Assembly (NCBI GenBank): GCA_049322615.1
Contig: JBMORX010000002.1
Span: 11,171-75,170, forward strand
Direction: 5' to 3'
Source of the DNA: Patescibacteria group bacterium
GTDB taxonomy: Bacteria; Patescibacteriota; Microgenomatia; CAYGWK01
Length of the DNA stretch: 64,000 bases
Shown: positions 9,437 to 19,563 of the stretch, piece after piece
Numbering within the stretch: position 1 is the stretch's first letter
Layout: each line of letters opens with the position of its first letter
Translations under genes and position numbers: made by a program
Notes under the pieces: generated by a model
The model's input: the letters and a program-made list of their open reading frames with translations, nothing else
Told to the model about the DNA's origin: nothing
Databases searched by the model: none

Positions 9437-10009
9437 TTATGGTTTTTTAAGAAAGAGAAATAGGCCAAGTCTCGGAAAAGAAAATCTGGTTTTAATCTTC
9501 ATCTTTTGGAATTTCTTTAACCACCAAGATGAATCTTCAACGTTAACGTGGGTCGGATCTAAGAGAAAGTGTTTACCCTCAAAAGGATTGTCCCTCACAC
9601 AAATCTGCAAAAACACATATTTTTGGCAGACTCGCAAAAGTTCACTTAAGGCTCTTTCTGTATCTTCTTTTCTTATATGCTCCATTACCGCCAGCGAGGA
9701 AACAACTTCAAACGCCTCATCTTTATAGGGTAAGTCTAAAACGTTCCCGATCTGACAACGACGTCGAACAAAGTTTTTGGCTTTGGAAAAACCCGCAAAA
9801 GTGATATCGATTCCCCAAGCATCTATCCTCCACCTGGTTGCCCATTTCACCAGTGTGCCTTCACCACAACCCACGTCAAGCAAGGTTTTGGGCATTAAAA
9901 AAAGTTTAACGAATAAGGCAAAAACAAAACCTTTGATTTCTGGGAAAAGAAATCCTCTTTTTTGAAAATATTTCTTATCATAAAAATTTCTCGATTTTAA
10001 AGATTCCAT
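9437..10009 (-). CDS. Class I SAM-dependent methyltransferase
   Basis: LLDVGCGEG motif I and VMEHI. Start set at MESLKS. Confidence 0.85.
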   Translation of the reverse strand: MESLKSRNFYDKKYFQKRGFLFPEIKGFVFALFVKLFLMPKTLLDVGCGEGTLVKWATRWRIDAWGIDITFAGFSKAKNFVRRRCQIGNVLDLPYKDEAFEVVSSLAVMEHIRKEDTERALSELLRVCQKYVFLQICVRDNPFEGKHFLLDPTHVNVEDSSWWLKKFQKMKIKTRFSFPRLGLFLFLKKP

Positions 10010-10065
10010 AGGAAATAGTTTATCAGGCTTGAGAAAGAAAGCCAAGTTGAGATATAATCGGCTAG

Positions 10066-12306
10066 ATGGACAAAGTATATAATCCCAAAACTGTCGAAAA
10101 ACGCATCTATCAGATGTGGGAAAAGTCTGGGGCTTTCTCCCCAAAGATTAAAAAGGGCAAAAAACCATTTTCTATCATCATGCCTCCACCAAATGCCAAT
10201 GCTCCCCTTCATATTGGTCATGCCAGATTTGTCGCCATTCAAGACCTTTTAATCCGTTTCCACCGCATGCTAGGCGAGCCTTCTTTGTGGCTTCCCGGAG
10301 CAGACCATGCGGGAATTTTAACCCAGGTTGTTTTTGAAAAAAAACTAAGCCTCGAGGGCAAAACCCGCTTTGATTTAGGCAGAGAAAAATTTTATCAAGA
10401 GATTTTCAAGTTTTCCCAAGAAAACAAACAGACAATGTATAGCCAAATGCGCGCCCTGGGTGCTTCCTGTGACTGGAAAAGAGAAAAATTCACCTTAGAC
10501 CCTGAAATTTCCAAAATTGTTCTTGAGACTTTTATCAAAATGTTTAACAGAGGCTTAATTTCCCGAAGTGAACGAATTGTCAATTTTTGCCCTCGTTGCC
10601 AAACTGCCCTATCGGATTTAGAGATTGAACACAAGGAAGAAAAAACAAAACTTTGGTTTATCCGCTATGTTTTTAAAAACGAGGACAAATTTCTGACAGT
10701 CGCCACCACCAGACCAGAGACTATGCTTGGAGACACGGCCGTAGCCGTTAACCCAAGGGACAAAAGATATAAAGAGGTAGTGGGCAAAACTGTGGTCTTA
10801 CCCTTGATGCTTCGGGAGATCCCCATCGTTGCCGATGAAGCCGTTGACCCCGAATTTGGGACCGGAGCGGTCAAGGTTACCCCAGCCCATGACCCGATAG
10901 ATTTTGAAATTGGCCAAAAACACAATCTTGCCTCAATCCAAGTTATTGGCTTTGATAATAAAATGACCAAAAGGGGAGGTAAATATGCAGGACTGCCCAT
11001 CTTGGAAGCCAGGAAAAAAATAATTCAGGATTTGGAGGTTAAAGGGCAACTTGAGAAAGTTGAAGATTATATTCATTCAGTTGGTCATTGCGAACGCTGC
11101 AAAACCATTATTGAACCGCAAGTTTCTTTACAGTGGTTTGTCAAAACTAAACCATTGGCAAAGGAGGCGCTTTCGGTCGTTAAAAGCAAAAAAATCAAAA
11201 TCATCCCTCAAAGATTTGAAAAAATTTATCTTTTGTGGATGAAAGACATTCGCGACTGGTGCATTTCCCGCCAACTTTGGTGGGGACATCAAATCCCAAT
11301 TTGGTACTGCGGGGGAGAAAACTTATCCCCTCTTCAAAAATTAATGAACCCAGAATTGGCGAAACCCCACGACTTAGGCTGTGGAGAGATTATTGCTTCG
11401 GTTGAAAAACCAAAGACTTGTCCAAAATGCAAAAACAAAAATTTAATCCAGGATCCAGATACCTTAGATGCCTGGTTCTCCTCAGGTCAGTGGCCCTTCA
11501 CTACCTTAGGCTTCCCAGATTCACCTGACTATAAATATTTCTATCCCACCACTGTCATGGAAACAGGTTATGAGATTTTGTTTTTCTGGGTCGCTCGAAT
11601 GATTATGCTTGGTATTTTTCGAACAAAAAAAGTTCCTTTTGAAACCGTTTTTCTCCATGGGTTAGTCAGAGACGCTTTCGGTCAAAAAATGTCAAAAAGT
11701 AAAGGCAATGTCATTGACCCCTTAGATGTAATTAAGCTCTACGGCACTGATGCTTTGCGAATGGCTTTGCTTTATGGCTCAACTCCAGGCAAAGACCTGG
11801 CTTTATCTGAAGAAAAAATAGAAAGCATGAGAAATTTTGCTAATAAAATCTGGAACGCCAGCCGATTTGTAATCGGCTATACGAATGTATCCCAATTAAA
11901 AATAATCCAAATGAATAATCCGAATAATATTCGGATTAAAAATTCGGACAATTTACATTCGGATAAATTCGTATCCGATGATAAATGGATTCTTGAGGAA
12001 CTAAGTAAAACCACCAAGTCTATCACTGAAGATATTGAAAAATTCAGGCTTGGTCAGGCTGCCGAAGAATTATATGAATTTTTCTGGCACAAATTTTGTG
12101 ATAGATATATTGAATCTACCAAAGCACGCCGAGACGAAGCTCAACCAACCCTGCTTCAGGTCTTGGAAACCAGCCTCAAACTCCTCCACCCTTTTATGCC
12201 TTTTATCACTGAAGAAGTCTGGCAGACTGCCAGAGCAAAGAAAGAAATAAAGAAAGCGAAGTTTTTTAAAGAGAAATTATTAATCACTGCCAAATGGCCA
12301 AAATAA
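10066..12306 (+). CDS. valS: Valine--tRNA ligase (short form, no C-terminal coiled-coil arm)
   Basis: HIGH, TTRPETMLGD, DWCISRQLWWGH, KMSKS. Confidence 0.97.
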   Translation: MDKVYNPKTVEKRIYQMWEKSGAFSPKIKKGKKPFSIIMPPPNANAPLHIGHARFVAIQDLLIRFHRMLGEPSLWLPGADHAGILTQVVFEKKLSLEGKTRFDLGREKFYQEIFKFSQENKQTMYSQMRALGASCDWKREKFTLDPEISKIVLETFIKMFNRGLISRSERIVNFCPRCQTALSDLEIEHKEEKTKLWFIRYVFKNEDKFLTVATTRPETMLGDTAVAVNPRDKRYKEVVGKTVVLPLMLREIPIVADEAVDPEFGTGAVKVTPAHDPIDFEIGQKHNLASIQVIGFDNKMTKRGGKYAGLPILEARKKIIQDLEVKGQLEKVEDYIHSVGHCERCKTIIEPQVSLQWFVKTKPLAKEALSVVKSKKIKIIPQRFEKIYLLWMKDIRDWCISRQLWWGHQIPIWYCGGENLSPLQKLMNPELAKPHDLGCGEIIASVEKPKTCPKCKNKNLIQDPDTLDAWFSSGQWPFTTLGFPDSPDYKYFYPTTVMETGYEILFFWVARMIMLGIFRTKKVPFETVFLHGLVRDAFGQKMSKSKGNVIDPLDVIKLYGTDALRMALLYGSTPGKDLALSEEKIESMRNFANKIWNASRFVIGYTNVSQLKIIQMNNPNNIRIKNSDNLHSDKFVSDDKWILEELSKTTKSITEDIEKFRLGQAAEELYEFFWHKFCDRYIESTKARRDEAQPTLLQVLETSLKLLHPFMPFITEEVWQTARAKKEIKKAKFFKEKLLITAKWPK

Positions 12307-12926
12307 GAAAAGATATTAAGATACTAAGATATTTAGAAATTAAGAGTAAAATTAACCCGTGGTTGGAGAACAAAATCCAGAGGATAAGAAGCCTTAGGGA
12401 GCGCCAGGCTTACCGGTCAGCCAAAAGATGGGGGGCGCCGGCGGGAGTGGCTTTGATTTTATTTCTCATCCTTTATTCTTTTTTTCTTCCCAAAGATAAA
12501 TTTCAACTGGCTCGGGAACGGGTTTTGAAGAATCCAAATGATTTAGAGGCTCATTTAATTTTGGCTGAAGAATTTTTGAAAAATAATGAACTGGATAAAG
12601 CCGAAAAAGAACTGCTCGCCGCCCAGCAAATTCAGCAATCTAGCAATCTAACAATTGAACAATCAAGAGTTTTAGGTTTAAGTTCAAGGCTTGAAGAATT
12701 ATATTTAAAATATCAAGAGGAAAATCCTCAAGAACTCAAGAAATTAATTGAAAAATGGGAAAAAATTGTTTCCGAAACTCCTTCCTTTCGCGACGGCTAT
12801 CTCAAACTTTCTCTTTACTATTTCAAGCTCGGTCAAACCGAAAAAGCCCAAGAAAATCTCCAAAAAGCCCTGGAACTTGATCCAAATTATGAGGAGACGA
12901 GAAAACTCGAAAATCTCATAAAGTAA
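12294..12926 (+). CDS. Membrane-anchored TPR protein
   Basis: TM helix and TPR-like repeats (AQENLQKALELDPN). Confidence 0.75.
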   Translation: MAKIRKDIKILRYLEIKSKINPWLENKIQRIRSLRERQAYRSAKRWGAPAGVALILFLILYSFFLPKDKFQLARERVLKNPNDLEAHLILAEEFLKNNELDKAEKELLAAQQIQQSSNLTIEQSRVLGLSSRLEELYLKYQEENPQELKKLIEKWEKIVSETPSFRDGYLKLSLYYFKLGQTEKAQENLQKALELDPNYEETRKLENLIK

Positions 12927-12996
12927 AATCTATAATCTAAAATCTAAAATCTTTAGATTTTACTTTCTACTTAATCAAGAAACCTAATAATTAATT

Positions 12997-13668
12997 TTAC
13001 TCTACAAAAATTTCTCCTTCGAGGCTTTTGGCAAGGCCAAGAAAAAAATCTTCCATTTCTTTTCTCTTAAATGGTTTAAGCATCTTAGGAAAATCTTGAT
13101 TTTTGAAGTCTCTCACTCGAAGAAATTGACTAATTAGAGAACCCGGATCATAAGATAAATCAAACTTATTTCTAATATCCTTAAGGATTTTCTCTAATTT
13201 ATAACCTTTTTCCTTAAAAATAAAATAGAGATCAATATAATCACGTGGTCGAGATTTTCCAAAGATACTTTGGAGTTTATCTACGGCAATATCATAAATG
13301 CTGGCAACCCGTAATTTTCCAAAAAAAGTCCATCTTTCAAACGGAGGAAACGGATAATAAGAAAAGTCCACTTTTAATGTTTCTTTTTTGTCAAATCGTA
13401 AAAGATACATCTCTAAACCCCAGAATTCCGTACGCTGAAAATCTTCAAATCCCAACTTGGGAGCAATCTTTCGTAAAAAAGCCCGAATGCTTCTTTCCCC
13501 TATTTCTTTTTCACTAAAAAAATCAAGATCCTCAGATTGACGGTGTCTAAGATAAAACTCAGAGAGGGCAGTTCCCCCACCCAAGAAGAAATTTTTGGTT
13601 AACCACGGTTCTTTTTGGACCAATTCCAAAAAGTCAGATTGTCTGGCAGAGAGTATAGTTTTCCCCAT
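12997..13668 (-). CDS. AbiEii/AbiGii-type nucleotidyltransferase toxin
   Basis: FLGGGTALSEFYL.HRQSEDLDFF and K...R.RDYIDLY. Confidence 0.88.
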   Translation of the reverse strand: MGKTILSARQSDFLELVQKEPWLTKNFFLGGGTALSEFYLRHRQSEDLDFFSEKEIGERSIRAFLRKIAPKLGFEDFQRTEFWGLEMYLLRFDKKETLKVDFSYYPFPPFERWTFFGKLRVASIYDIAVDKLQSIFGKSRPRDYIDLYFIFKEKGYKLEKILKDIRNKFDLSYDPGSLISQFLRVRDFKNQDFPKMLKPFKRKEMEDFFLGLAKSLEGEIFVE

Positions 13669-13868
13669 AATAGATACTCCAGAGCGCGTTTTTTATAGGG
13701 ATCCAGCCTGTCTTTTATTTTGGACCAATATTTTTTAGCTTCTTTTTTGGATATTTTTTCACCCTTTTGGACACCATAATTAATTAAATACTCCAGCCGC
13801 CAAAGCCGAAATTCTTTGGGATTTTCTTTTTGGAATTTTTTAACATCAGTGCTCCAGTGCCAAAGCAT
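13599..13868 (-). CDS. Small cognate partner (putative antitoxin) of the AbiEii toxin
   Basis: Overlaps the toxin start; W+LE.LINYG pattern. Confidence 0.6.
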   Translation of the reverse strand: MLWHWSTDVKKFQKENPKEFRLWRLEYLINYGVQKGEKISKKEAKKYWSKIKDRLDPYKKRALEYLLWGKLYSLPDNLTFWNWSKKNRG

Positions 13869-13915
13869 ACTTTCTATATTTTACTAAAATGGGAATGAGA
13901 AGTAAATTGCTCCAA

Positions 13916-14671
13916 TTATTCCAAAAACTTAAAAGTCGAGAGGATGAGGTCAAAAATCGATAGATCCTCTAATGGAATTGGTTTTAAAATAAAATTCTCA
14001 TCTTTATTGTAAAGATAGAGACTAATCCAACCGCTTTCTCTTATTGGCATAACAATACCAACCATGGGTCCATTTCCTTTGGCAGAAGTCTCGAAAGGAA
14101 AAAATTCATAATCATTAGTATTGATATAATAAGCTGGTTTTGTAGAAACTGTTTTTAACTGATAGGAAATATTTTTCTTCTTCATGACTGAAAGTACTTC
14201 TTCCCACGAAGTGCCCATAACTGTATCGGGGCCTCCTCCAGAAACACTTAGTGTTGCTCCAGAAGAAAGTATCGTACTTGATGTAAGACAAGAAGACTGG
14301 TCACACCGGAAATTACTTACGCCCGGTGGTAGTCTGATGGACCAAAAAGAAAAGGTATAAGTTTTCCAGTTTACGGTGGGGTCGCCCTCCTTCGCTGGAG
14401 CTTCGGAGGGTAAAGGAGTTGGGGTGGCTTCAACGATTGGTGTTGGGGTCGGTCCTTCGACAGGTTCAGGATAAATTGATCTTTGTCCGAGTTTATAAGC
14501 CCCAAAAACTATGCTTACAAGAACCAAAACTCCCAAAACTCCACCTAAAATTTTGAATTTGTGAATTTTGAGTTTTTCCCAAAAACTTGCTGGTTGGATT
14601 TGGGTTTCTTGCTCGCTGACTGGCCCGTCTTGACTCGGTGAGGCAGGTAATTCGGCAGGTTTTTCTTCCAT
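13916..14671 (-). CDS. Single-TM surface protein with PT linker, paralog A
   Basis: TM, PTPTP linker, WKTY start of the exported domain, ILSTFKFLE end. Confidence 0.7.
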   Translation of the reverse strand: MEEKPAELPASPSQDGPVSEQETQIQPASFWEKLKIHKFKILGGVLGVLVLVSIVFGAYKLGQRSIYPEPVEGPTPTPIVEATPTPLPSEAPAKEGDPTVNWKTYTFSFWSIRLPPGVSNFRCDQSSCLTSSTILSSGATLSVSGGGPDTVMGTSWEEVLSVMKKKNISYQLKTVSTKPAYYINTNDYEFFPFETSAKGNGPMVGIVMPIRESGWISLYLYNKDENFILKPIPLEDLSIFDLILSTFKFLE

Positions 14672-14672
14672 T

Positions 14673-15083
14673 TTATTTTATGCCTAGTTTTTCCTTAACA
14701 AAAGCGCCAATTCTTTGAGTAGCTTCTTTGGCTTTTTCTGCCATTTCTCTAGTAATATTTGAAGGGGGTAAATCAGCAGGATAACGGCTCTCAAAGTAAA
14801 ATTCGGTTAGAAAGTCACACTCTTCCTTAAGTTGACCAAAATCAGGATTATCTCGCTGACAAATTTGCAATAAGGTCGGCAATTCATGAATTTTTTTAAA
14901 TTCAAGTTTGCGGGCGACAATGTAAGCTTTTAAGTATTTTTCTGCCGCTTGTTGAAAATGAAAGCAAATTTGAGGAAAAAAATGAGTTTCTGGGTCACTT
15001 AGCCCGGAAACTGCAAAACCAAAATCTTCATCAGCAAACTCTAGCCACGCTTGAGAGTTGGGTGAATCAGGGATATCAACCAT
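14673..15083 (-). CDS. HEPN domain protein
   Basis: CFHFQQAAEKYLKA, KIHEL, Y..SRYP. Confidence 0.9.
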   Translation of the reverse strand: MVDIPDSPNSQAWLEFADEDFGFAVSGLSDPETHFFPQICFHFQQAAEKYLKAYIVARKLEFKKIHELPTLLQICQRDNPDFGQLKEECDFLTEFYFESRYPADLPPSNITREMAEKAKEATQRIGAFVKEKLGIK

Positions 15084-15396
15084 ATAAAATTCTCCCTTCC
15101 TTTTGGATTGTTTTTACAAAGGGATCACCCATTTTAAGACAAGTTTCAAATTCTTCTGGGCGGTAAACAAGGAAATCCGCAGGTAAACTCTTTCTAATCA
15201 ATCGTCTTACTTGCCAACGCCGTTCAATATTATTTAGAGGAACGTCTCCTTTAATAATGGCAAAATCTAAATCAGAATCCGGACCGAATTTTCCTTGAGC
15301 AGCCGAGCCAAAAAGAATAATCTTTTCCGGTTTGTATTTTTTAATAAGTTGTTGGGTGATGTTTTGAATTTCTTTCTCTATTAGTTTCTTGCTCAT
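15076..15396 (-). CDS. MNT minimal nucleotidyltransferase (antitoxin)
   Basis: ILFGSAAQG....SDLDF, coupled to the HEPN gene. Confidence 0.9.
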   Translation of the reverse strand: MSKKLIEKEIQNITQQLIKKYKPEKIILFGSAAQGKFGPDSDLDFAIIKGDVPLNNIERRWQVRRLIRKSLPADFLVYRPEEFETCLKMGDPFVKTIQKEGRILYG

Positions 15397-15447
15397 ATTG
15401 AAGTTATTTTAACACAGGAAGTAGAAGATTATCAATTTTGAAAAAAA

Positions 15448-16152
15448 TTATTCCAAAAACTTAAAAGTCGAGAGCATGAGGTTGAAGGTATCCTTGTGGA
15501 CCCCCAATGATGCGCCCCAGGCGTTAAGAATAATGACATTTTTGTCCTTCTCTAATAAAACGTGTTGATCCATTAAGCCCCAGGGGTCTTTTGAAATTAT
15601 TCTTACAGCTTGATTACCTGAAACGTCGATTTTGTCGGTAGAAACAATATTTTCTTTGGAAATAGAGAATTTATCTACCCAAAATTCAACTATGGAAAGT
15701 TTCTCTGGGTTCGTCTCTGGAATAATCTCAATCTTCAGATTCCCACCAGATACAGGCAATCCCGGGTTTATGACTTTCTCTGAATCATAACTGGTTATTA
15801 TAATCTCGGGTCCAGATTTATTAATAAACCAACCGCTGGGAAGTTCTAGGGAATAGTTATAAGACTGATTAACCAGTTTCTTCCATCCCTCACGCGCCGC
15901 TTCCATAATGTAATATTCCCGCTGCGGGGTTGGGGTAGCTTCAACCATCGGTGTTGGAGTTGGCTGGGAACCGGGCTGAACCTGTCTTTGACTAAATTTA
16001 TAGGCTCCAAAAACTGCTCCTGCGAGCACCAAAACCCCTAAAATTCCGGCCAAAATTTTGAATTTGTGGATTTTTAGTTTATCCAAAAGGGGTGGAGCCT
16101 GGACCTGAATTTCTTGAGGGCTAACCGGTAATTGAGCAGGTTTTTCTTCCAT
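15448..16152 (-). CDS. Single-TM surface protein with PT linker and PsbP-like domain, paralog B
   Basis: Shares N- and C-terminal sequence with 13916-14671; YSLELPSGW. Confidence 0.7.
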   Translation of the reverse strand: MEEKPAQLPVSPQEIQVQAPPLLDKLKIHKFKILAGILGVLVLAGAVFGAYKFSQRQVQPGSQPTPTPMVEATPTPQREYYIMEAAREGWKKLVNQSYNYSLELPSGWFINKSGPEIIITSYDSEKVINPGLPVSGGNLKIEIIPETNPEKLSIVEFWVDKFSISKENIVSTDKIDVSGNQAVRIISKDPWGLMDQHVLLEKDKNVIILNAWGASLGVHKDTFNLMLSTFKFLE

Positions 16153-16158
16153 GAGCGA

Positions 16159-16839
16159 TTAAGTATTAAAAATATCTTGCGTGGCGGGATGACGGATGTA
16201 AAAATCCCTAAGTTCTCTAAGGGCAGTTATCATCTTCTCTCCAATAACTTTACCTCTTTCTGTATTAACCCCCATGGTTCGGGCTTTTCTTTCCAGGGTG
16301 CCGCCTATGAGTTGTTGTCCAATTCTAGCAATCTGTAATTCAACGTTTCTTTCAAGATCTTTTTTACTCTGGGGTAGGGTAAACTCCCCCTTCATAATCT
16401 CCATCACTCTCTCTTCCAACAAAATAGACTCTGGGTCATAAACTTCTGAGAGGTGCATTATGTCAAATGATTTTATGTCGCGCCATTTAACAGGCCCCCC
16501 ATAACGAATCATCCCTTCTATATTTGCATCGGTGATAATGTTCCCAAAGAAAAGCGCCGATGCGGCAGCAACAAGATACTCTCCCCATTCTTCGCTTAGC
16601 CTTGTCTCTTTTATCTTTTCGACTAGTTTTTGGTAAAGAACAACGTTAGGGCCCTCTTCAACTGCTTTCATAACTTCGGTTGTTTCTGGGTTTTCTCTTA
16701 ATCGTTGACGAATAGTATTTACCTCTTCTCCTGTACTAATTGGAATCCCGCCTTTGGGGCGGAGAAAAACTAGCGGTTCAAGTTTTTGAGGCGGAGGAAT
16801 ATTCTTAGGTCTTAACCAACCCTCTATAGAGGGTAACAT
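16159..16839 (-). CDS. Hypothetical protein
   Basis: 226-aa ORF co-oriented with neighbours; no recognised motif. Confidence 0.6.
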   Translation of the reverse strand: MLPSIEGWLRPKNIPPPQKLEPLVFLRPKGGIPISTGEEVNTIRQRLRENPETTEVMKAVEEGPNVVLYQKLVEKIKETRLSEEWGEYLVAAASALFFGNIITDANIEGMIRYGGPVKWRDIKSFDIMHLSEVYDPESILLEERVMEIMKGEFTLPQSKKDLERNVELQIARIGQQLIGGTLERKARTMGVNTERGKVIGEKMITALRELRDFYIRHPATQDIFNT

Positions 16840-16890
16840 ACGCGCTTATTTTGTCAAAAACACTCTTAATTGTCAACAACTACAGAATTT

Positions 16891-17622
16891 TTACTTTTTC
16901 TCTTCTTTTGGCTTGCCCGCCATAGCTTCAGCGGAGGCGGGTTTCTCTTCTGGCTTGGCTTCTTCAGCTGGGGCGCCTTCAGGCGGAGCCGCTCCCTCGG
17001 CGGGAACTTCGCCTTCGACAGGAACTGCCTCTTCGGCCGGCGGTGGTGGAGGAACGACTTCTTCTTTCTCCAAAGGTCCAATTTTGGCAACAATTGCCCC
17101 AAGGTCGGCTTTTATCTCAACCTTTTTTCTATCCACCGAAAGATCGGCAACTGTTATCGCCTCGTCAACTTGGGCAAGTTTTGAGATATCAACGACCAAA
17201 TGCTCGGGTAAATCCTGGGGCAAAGCCTCAACCTCAACTTCAGAAATTGGCTGAATCAAAATCCCAATGCCCTGTTCAATTGCCGGTGACTCACCAATTA
17301 TTTCAACAGGAACAGTTGCCTTAGTTTTCTCAGTCAAAGAAACCTGGTGAAAATCAACATGAAGAGGCTCGCCTGTTACTGGATGAAGTTGAACATTATG
17401 AATCAAAACTGGTTTTGTTTCACTGTCGATTTTTAAATCAACCAATCCTGTTTCTCCTACTTCTTTGTAAACTTTTTGAAAATCGTTTAAGGGAACTTGG
17501 AGGCTTAAAGATTTTATCTTTTTCCCATACAAATTTGCTGGCAAAATTCCTTCTCGGCGAAGTTTTTTTACCTTTCGACCTTCTATTTTTCTTTTTTCGA
17601 CTTGAAGTTTTGGCTTTTCCAT
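16891..17622 (-). CDS. rplY: 50S ribosomal protein bL25/Ctc
   Basis: KKLRREGILPANLYG, QLHPVTGEPLHVDF, acidic Pro-rich tail. Confidence 0.95.
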   Translation of the reverse strand: MEKPKLQVEKRKIEGRKVKKLRREGILPANLYGKKIKSLSLQVPLNDFQKVYKEVGETGLVDLKIDSETKPVLIHNVQLHPVTGEPLHVDFHQVSLTEKTKATVPVEIIGESPAIEQGIGILIQPISEVEVEALPQDLPEHLVVDISKLAQVDEAITVADLSVDRKKVEIKADLGAIVAKIGPLEKEEVVPPPPPAEEAVPVEGEVPAEGAAPPEGAPAEEAKPEEKPASAEAMAGKPKEEKK

Positions 17623-19553
17623 TATTTTTTGATGAAATCTGCTCTGACTATCAGATCAGACGACAAGGTTGTATTATAAATGATTAGCCCTTCTCCCGTC
17701 AAGGCAGGAGGTTGAATTTCTCTCAAGATCCATCCTTGAGGATAAGTAATTGATAAGGCAAAATTGTCTTTTTGGCTTCCTGATTGTTTTTGAACAAAAA
17801 GAATGTATTCTTCCCAGCTTTCAGTTTCTGGAAGAGTGTAGGAAATTTCAACCTTTCGCCTCTCCCCAACCGGAACCTCAACCAAAAATCCAAAAACAGT
17901 TCTTTGGTGCTCTTCTTCCACTTCCCACTTCCCACTTCCCACTTCCTCATTGGTAAAAAGATTTTTTATCGACAAGCTATCAACAAGACTGTCCTCGGGA
18001 ACATAGATTCGGAGATAGGTCTTATATCTTCCCGCCGGAAAAATTTCCGAGGGACTTTGGTTTTCATAATTTATTACTAATCGCTCGCTAATTTTTCCCT
18101 CCTCGCCAATTTTAATACTTTGCTCAAGACTTCTTTTTAAGAAATAGTTGCTTTTATTCACTCCGACATTTGCCTCAACAACCATTAGATAATCCTCCAA
18201 GCACTTCGCCCTTTCCGCTTCGCACTTCGCCCTTTTTATCCCGCCGTCCCAGTTAAATTTTGCCAAAAGAAGGGCTACCTGCGGCTCATCCAAAAAAACC
18301 ATCATATCTTTTTCCTCAAGAGATGTAAAAAAAGCCTGGGTAACTTTAAATAAGGTTTTCTCATCAGCAGTCTTGATTTTCTCAAAAAGGACTCTTCCCA
18401 CCTGACCTAAGAAATCTTGTTTACCGGTTGAGCCCGGAAAGAATCCTGCTTCGGAGTAGTATTCTGCTCTCTCAAAAAAATTTTTTGAATTGATTTTTTC
18501 CTGATAATCTGGTAACTCTATCTCGCCAATACTCTCTAAGATTCTTTGAGCCACGGTTAAATTAATGCCTACAACTCCGTCAACTGTTCTTCCAATCTCT
18601 TTATCAAGAAACCATTTCGCTCTTTGGGCAGAGGTGGGAAAATCTGGATCCCAATTTGAATCCCTCAAATACCAACCGGCAGTCCCTAAGAATTCCTTAA
18701 GCTTTGGGGGGGGCTCAACATGACCTTTGAGTTGTCCGTCAGCAAAATAAACATCCTGAATTTCAAAATCCAAAAGCCGACCCCTTTCCAGGGTCAAAAG
18801 ACCAAAAGAGCCAATAAATCCTCCAGAGGGTCTTATCTCCATATTATTTTGAAAAAGTACAAGATAGGTTTTGCGTTCCTTTATTCCTAAAATTTCCGGA
18901 ATAATTTCAATCACTTCTTTAGCAATAATTAAGGTTCTTCGCATTTGGGGCAAGGCAGTCTTTGCTTTTAGAATATAAGGACCAACCAAAAATTCTTTAC
19001 CAGAAAATTCATTTAGAAGTCCCTGACTAAGTGAGGTTTTTTGATAAGCCTCCTCAAGGGAAAATTTAATGTTAAGCAAACTTTCTTCAAGGGAAAAATC
19101 TTCTCCAGATAAGACTTTTTTGAAAACCTTCTCTCCCTCTTGGGCGATATTGGCTATCTGATAAAGGCTTTCAGCAAAGCTCTTGCCAAAAAGAAAAAAA
19201 TTTTGGGATTTCGAAACTTTTTCTTCAAGACCAAAAAGACTAAACGCAGGATTTGAAACCTCTAAGAATTTCAGGGTTCGACCAAGACTACCCTGAAGAC
19301 TTTTCGAGTGTGTTTTTAGCTTAGTTAGATCTTGGGTTTGAATTGCTTTTTGAATTTCCCCAAATCCCAAAAATGAACTAAAAAGATTAAAGCCCAAAAA
19401 AATTAAAGGTGAAGAAATTATCAATAAGAGTAAAATGGCAAAGAAAAATGTGATTTTTTTCTTTTTTTGCTCGGGAGGTTTCTCCTCCTTGAGGAATTCT
19501 TCTGCCCTGTGAAAAATATCTTCAGGTTCTTGAAAATTTTCTGTTTTAAACAT
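17622..19553 (-). CDS. DUF4012 domain protein
   Basis: YLVLFQNNMEIRPSGGFIGS, RDSNWDPDFP.SA, Y.TYLRIYVP, QKQSG. Confidence 0.85.
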   Translation of the reverse strand: MFKTENFQEPEDIFHRAEEFLKEEKPPEQKKKKITFFFAILLLLIISSPLIFLGFNLFSSFLGFGEIQKAIQTQDLTKLKTHSKSLQGSLGRTLKFLEVSNPAFSLFGLEEKVSKSQNFFLFGKSFAESLYQIANIAQEGEKVFKKVLSGEDFSLEESLLNIKFSLEEAYQKTSLSQGLLNEFSGKEFLVGPYILKAKTALPQMRRTLIIAKEVIEIIPEILGIKERKTYLVLFQNNMEIRPSGGFIGSFGLLTLERGRLLDFEIQDVYFADGQLKGHVEPPPKLKEFLGTAGWYLRDSNWDPDFPTSAQRAKWFLDKEIGRTVDGVVGINLTVAQRILESIGEIELPDYQEKINSKNFFERAEYYSEAGFFPGSTGKQDFLGQVGRVLFEKIKTADEKTLFKVTQAFFTSLEEKDMMVFLDEPQVALLLAKFNWDGGIKRAKCEAERAKCLEDYLMVVEANVGVNKSNYFLKRSLEQSIKIGEEGKISERLVINYENQSPSEIFPAGRYKTYLRIYVPEDSLVDSLSIKNLFTNEEVGSGKWEVEEEHQRTVFGFLVEVPVGERRKVEISYTLPETESWEEYILFVQKQSGSQKDNFALSITYPQGWILREIQPPALTGEGLIIYNTTLSSDLIVRADFIKK

Positions 19554-19563
19554 TTTGTTTCGA

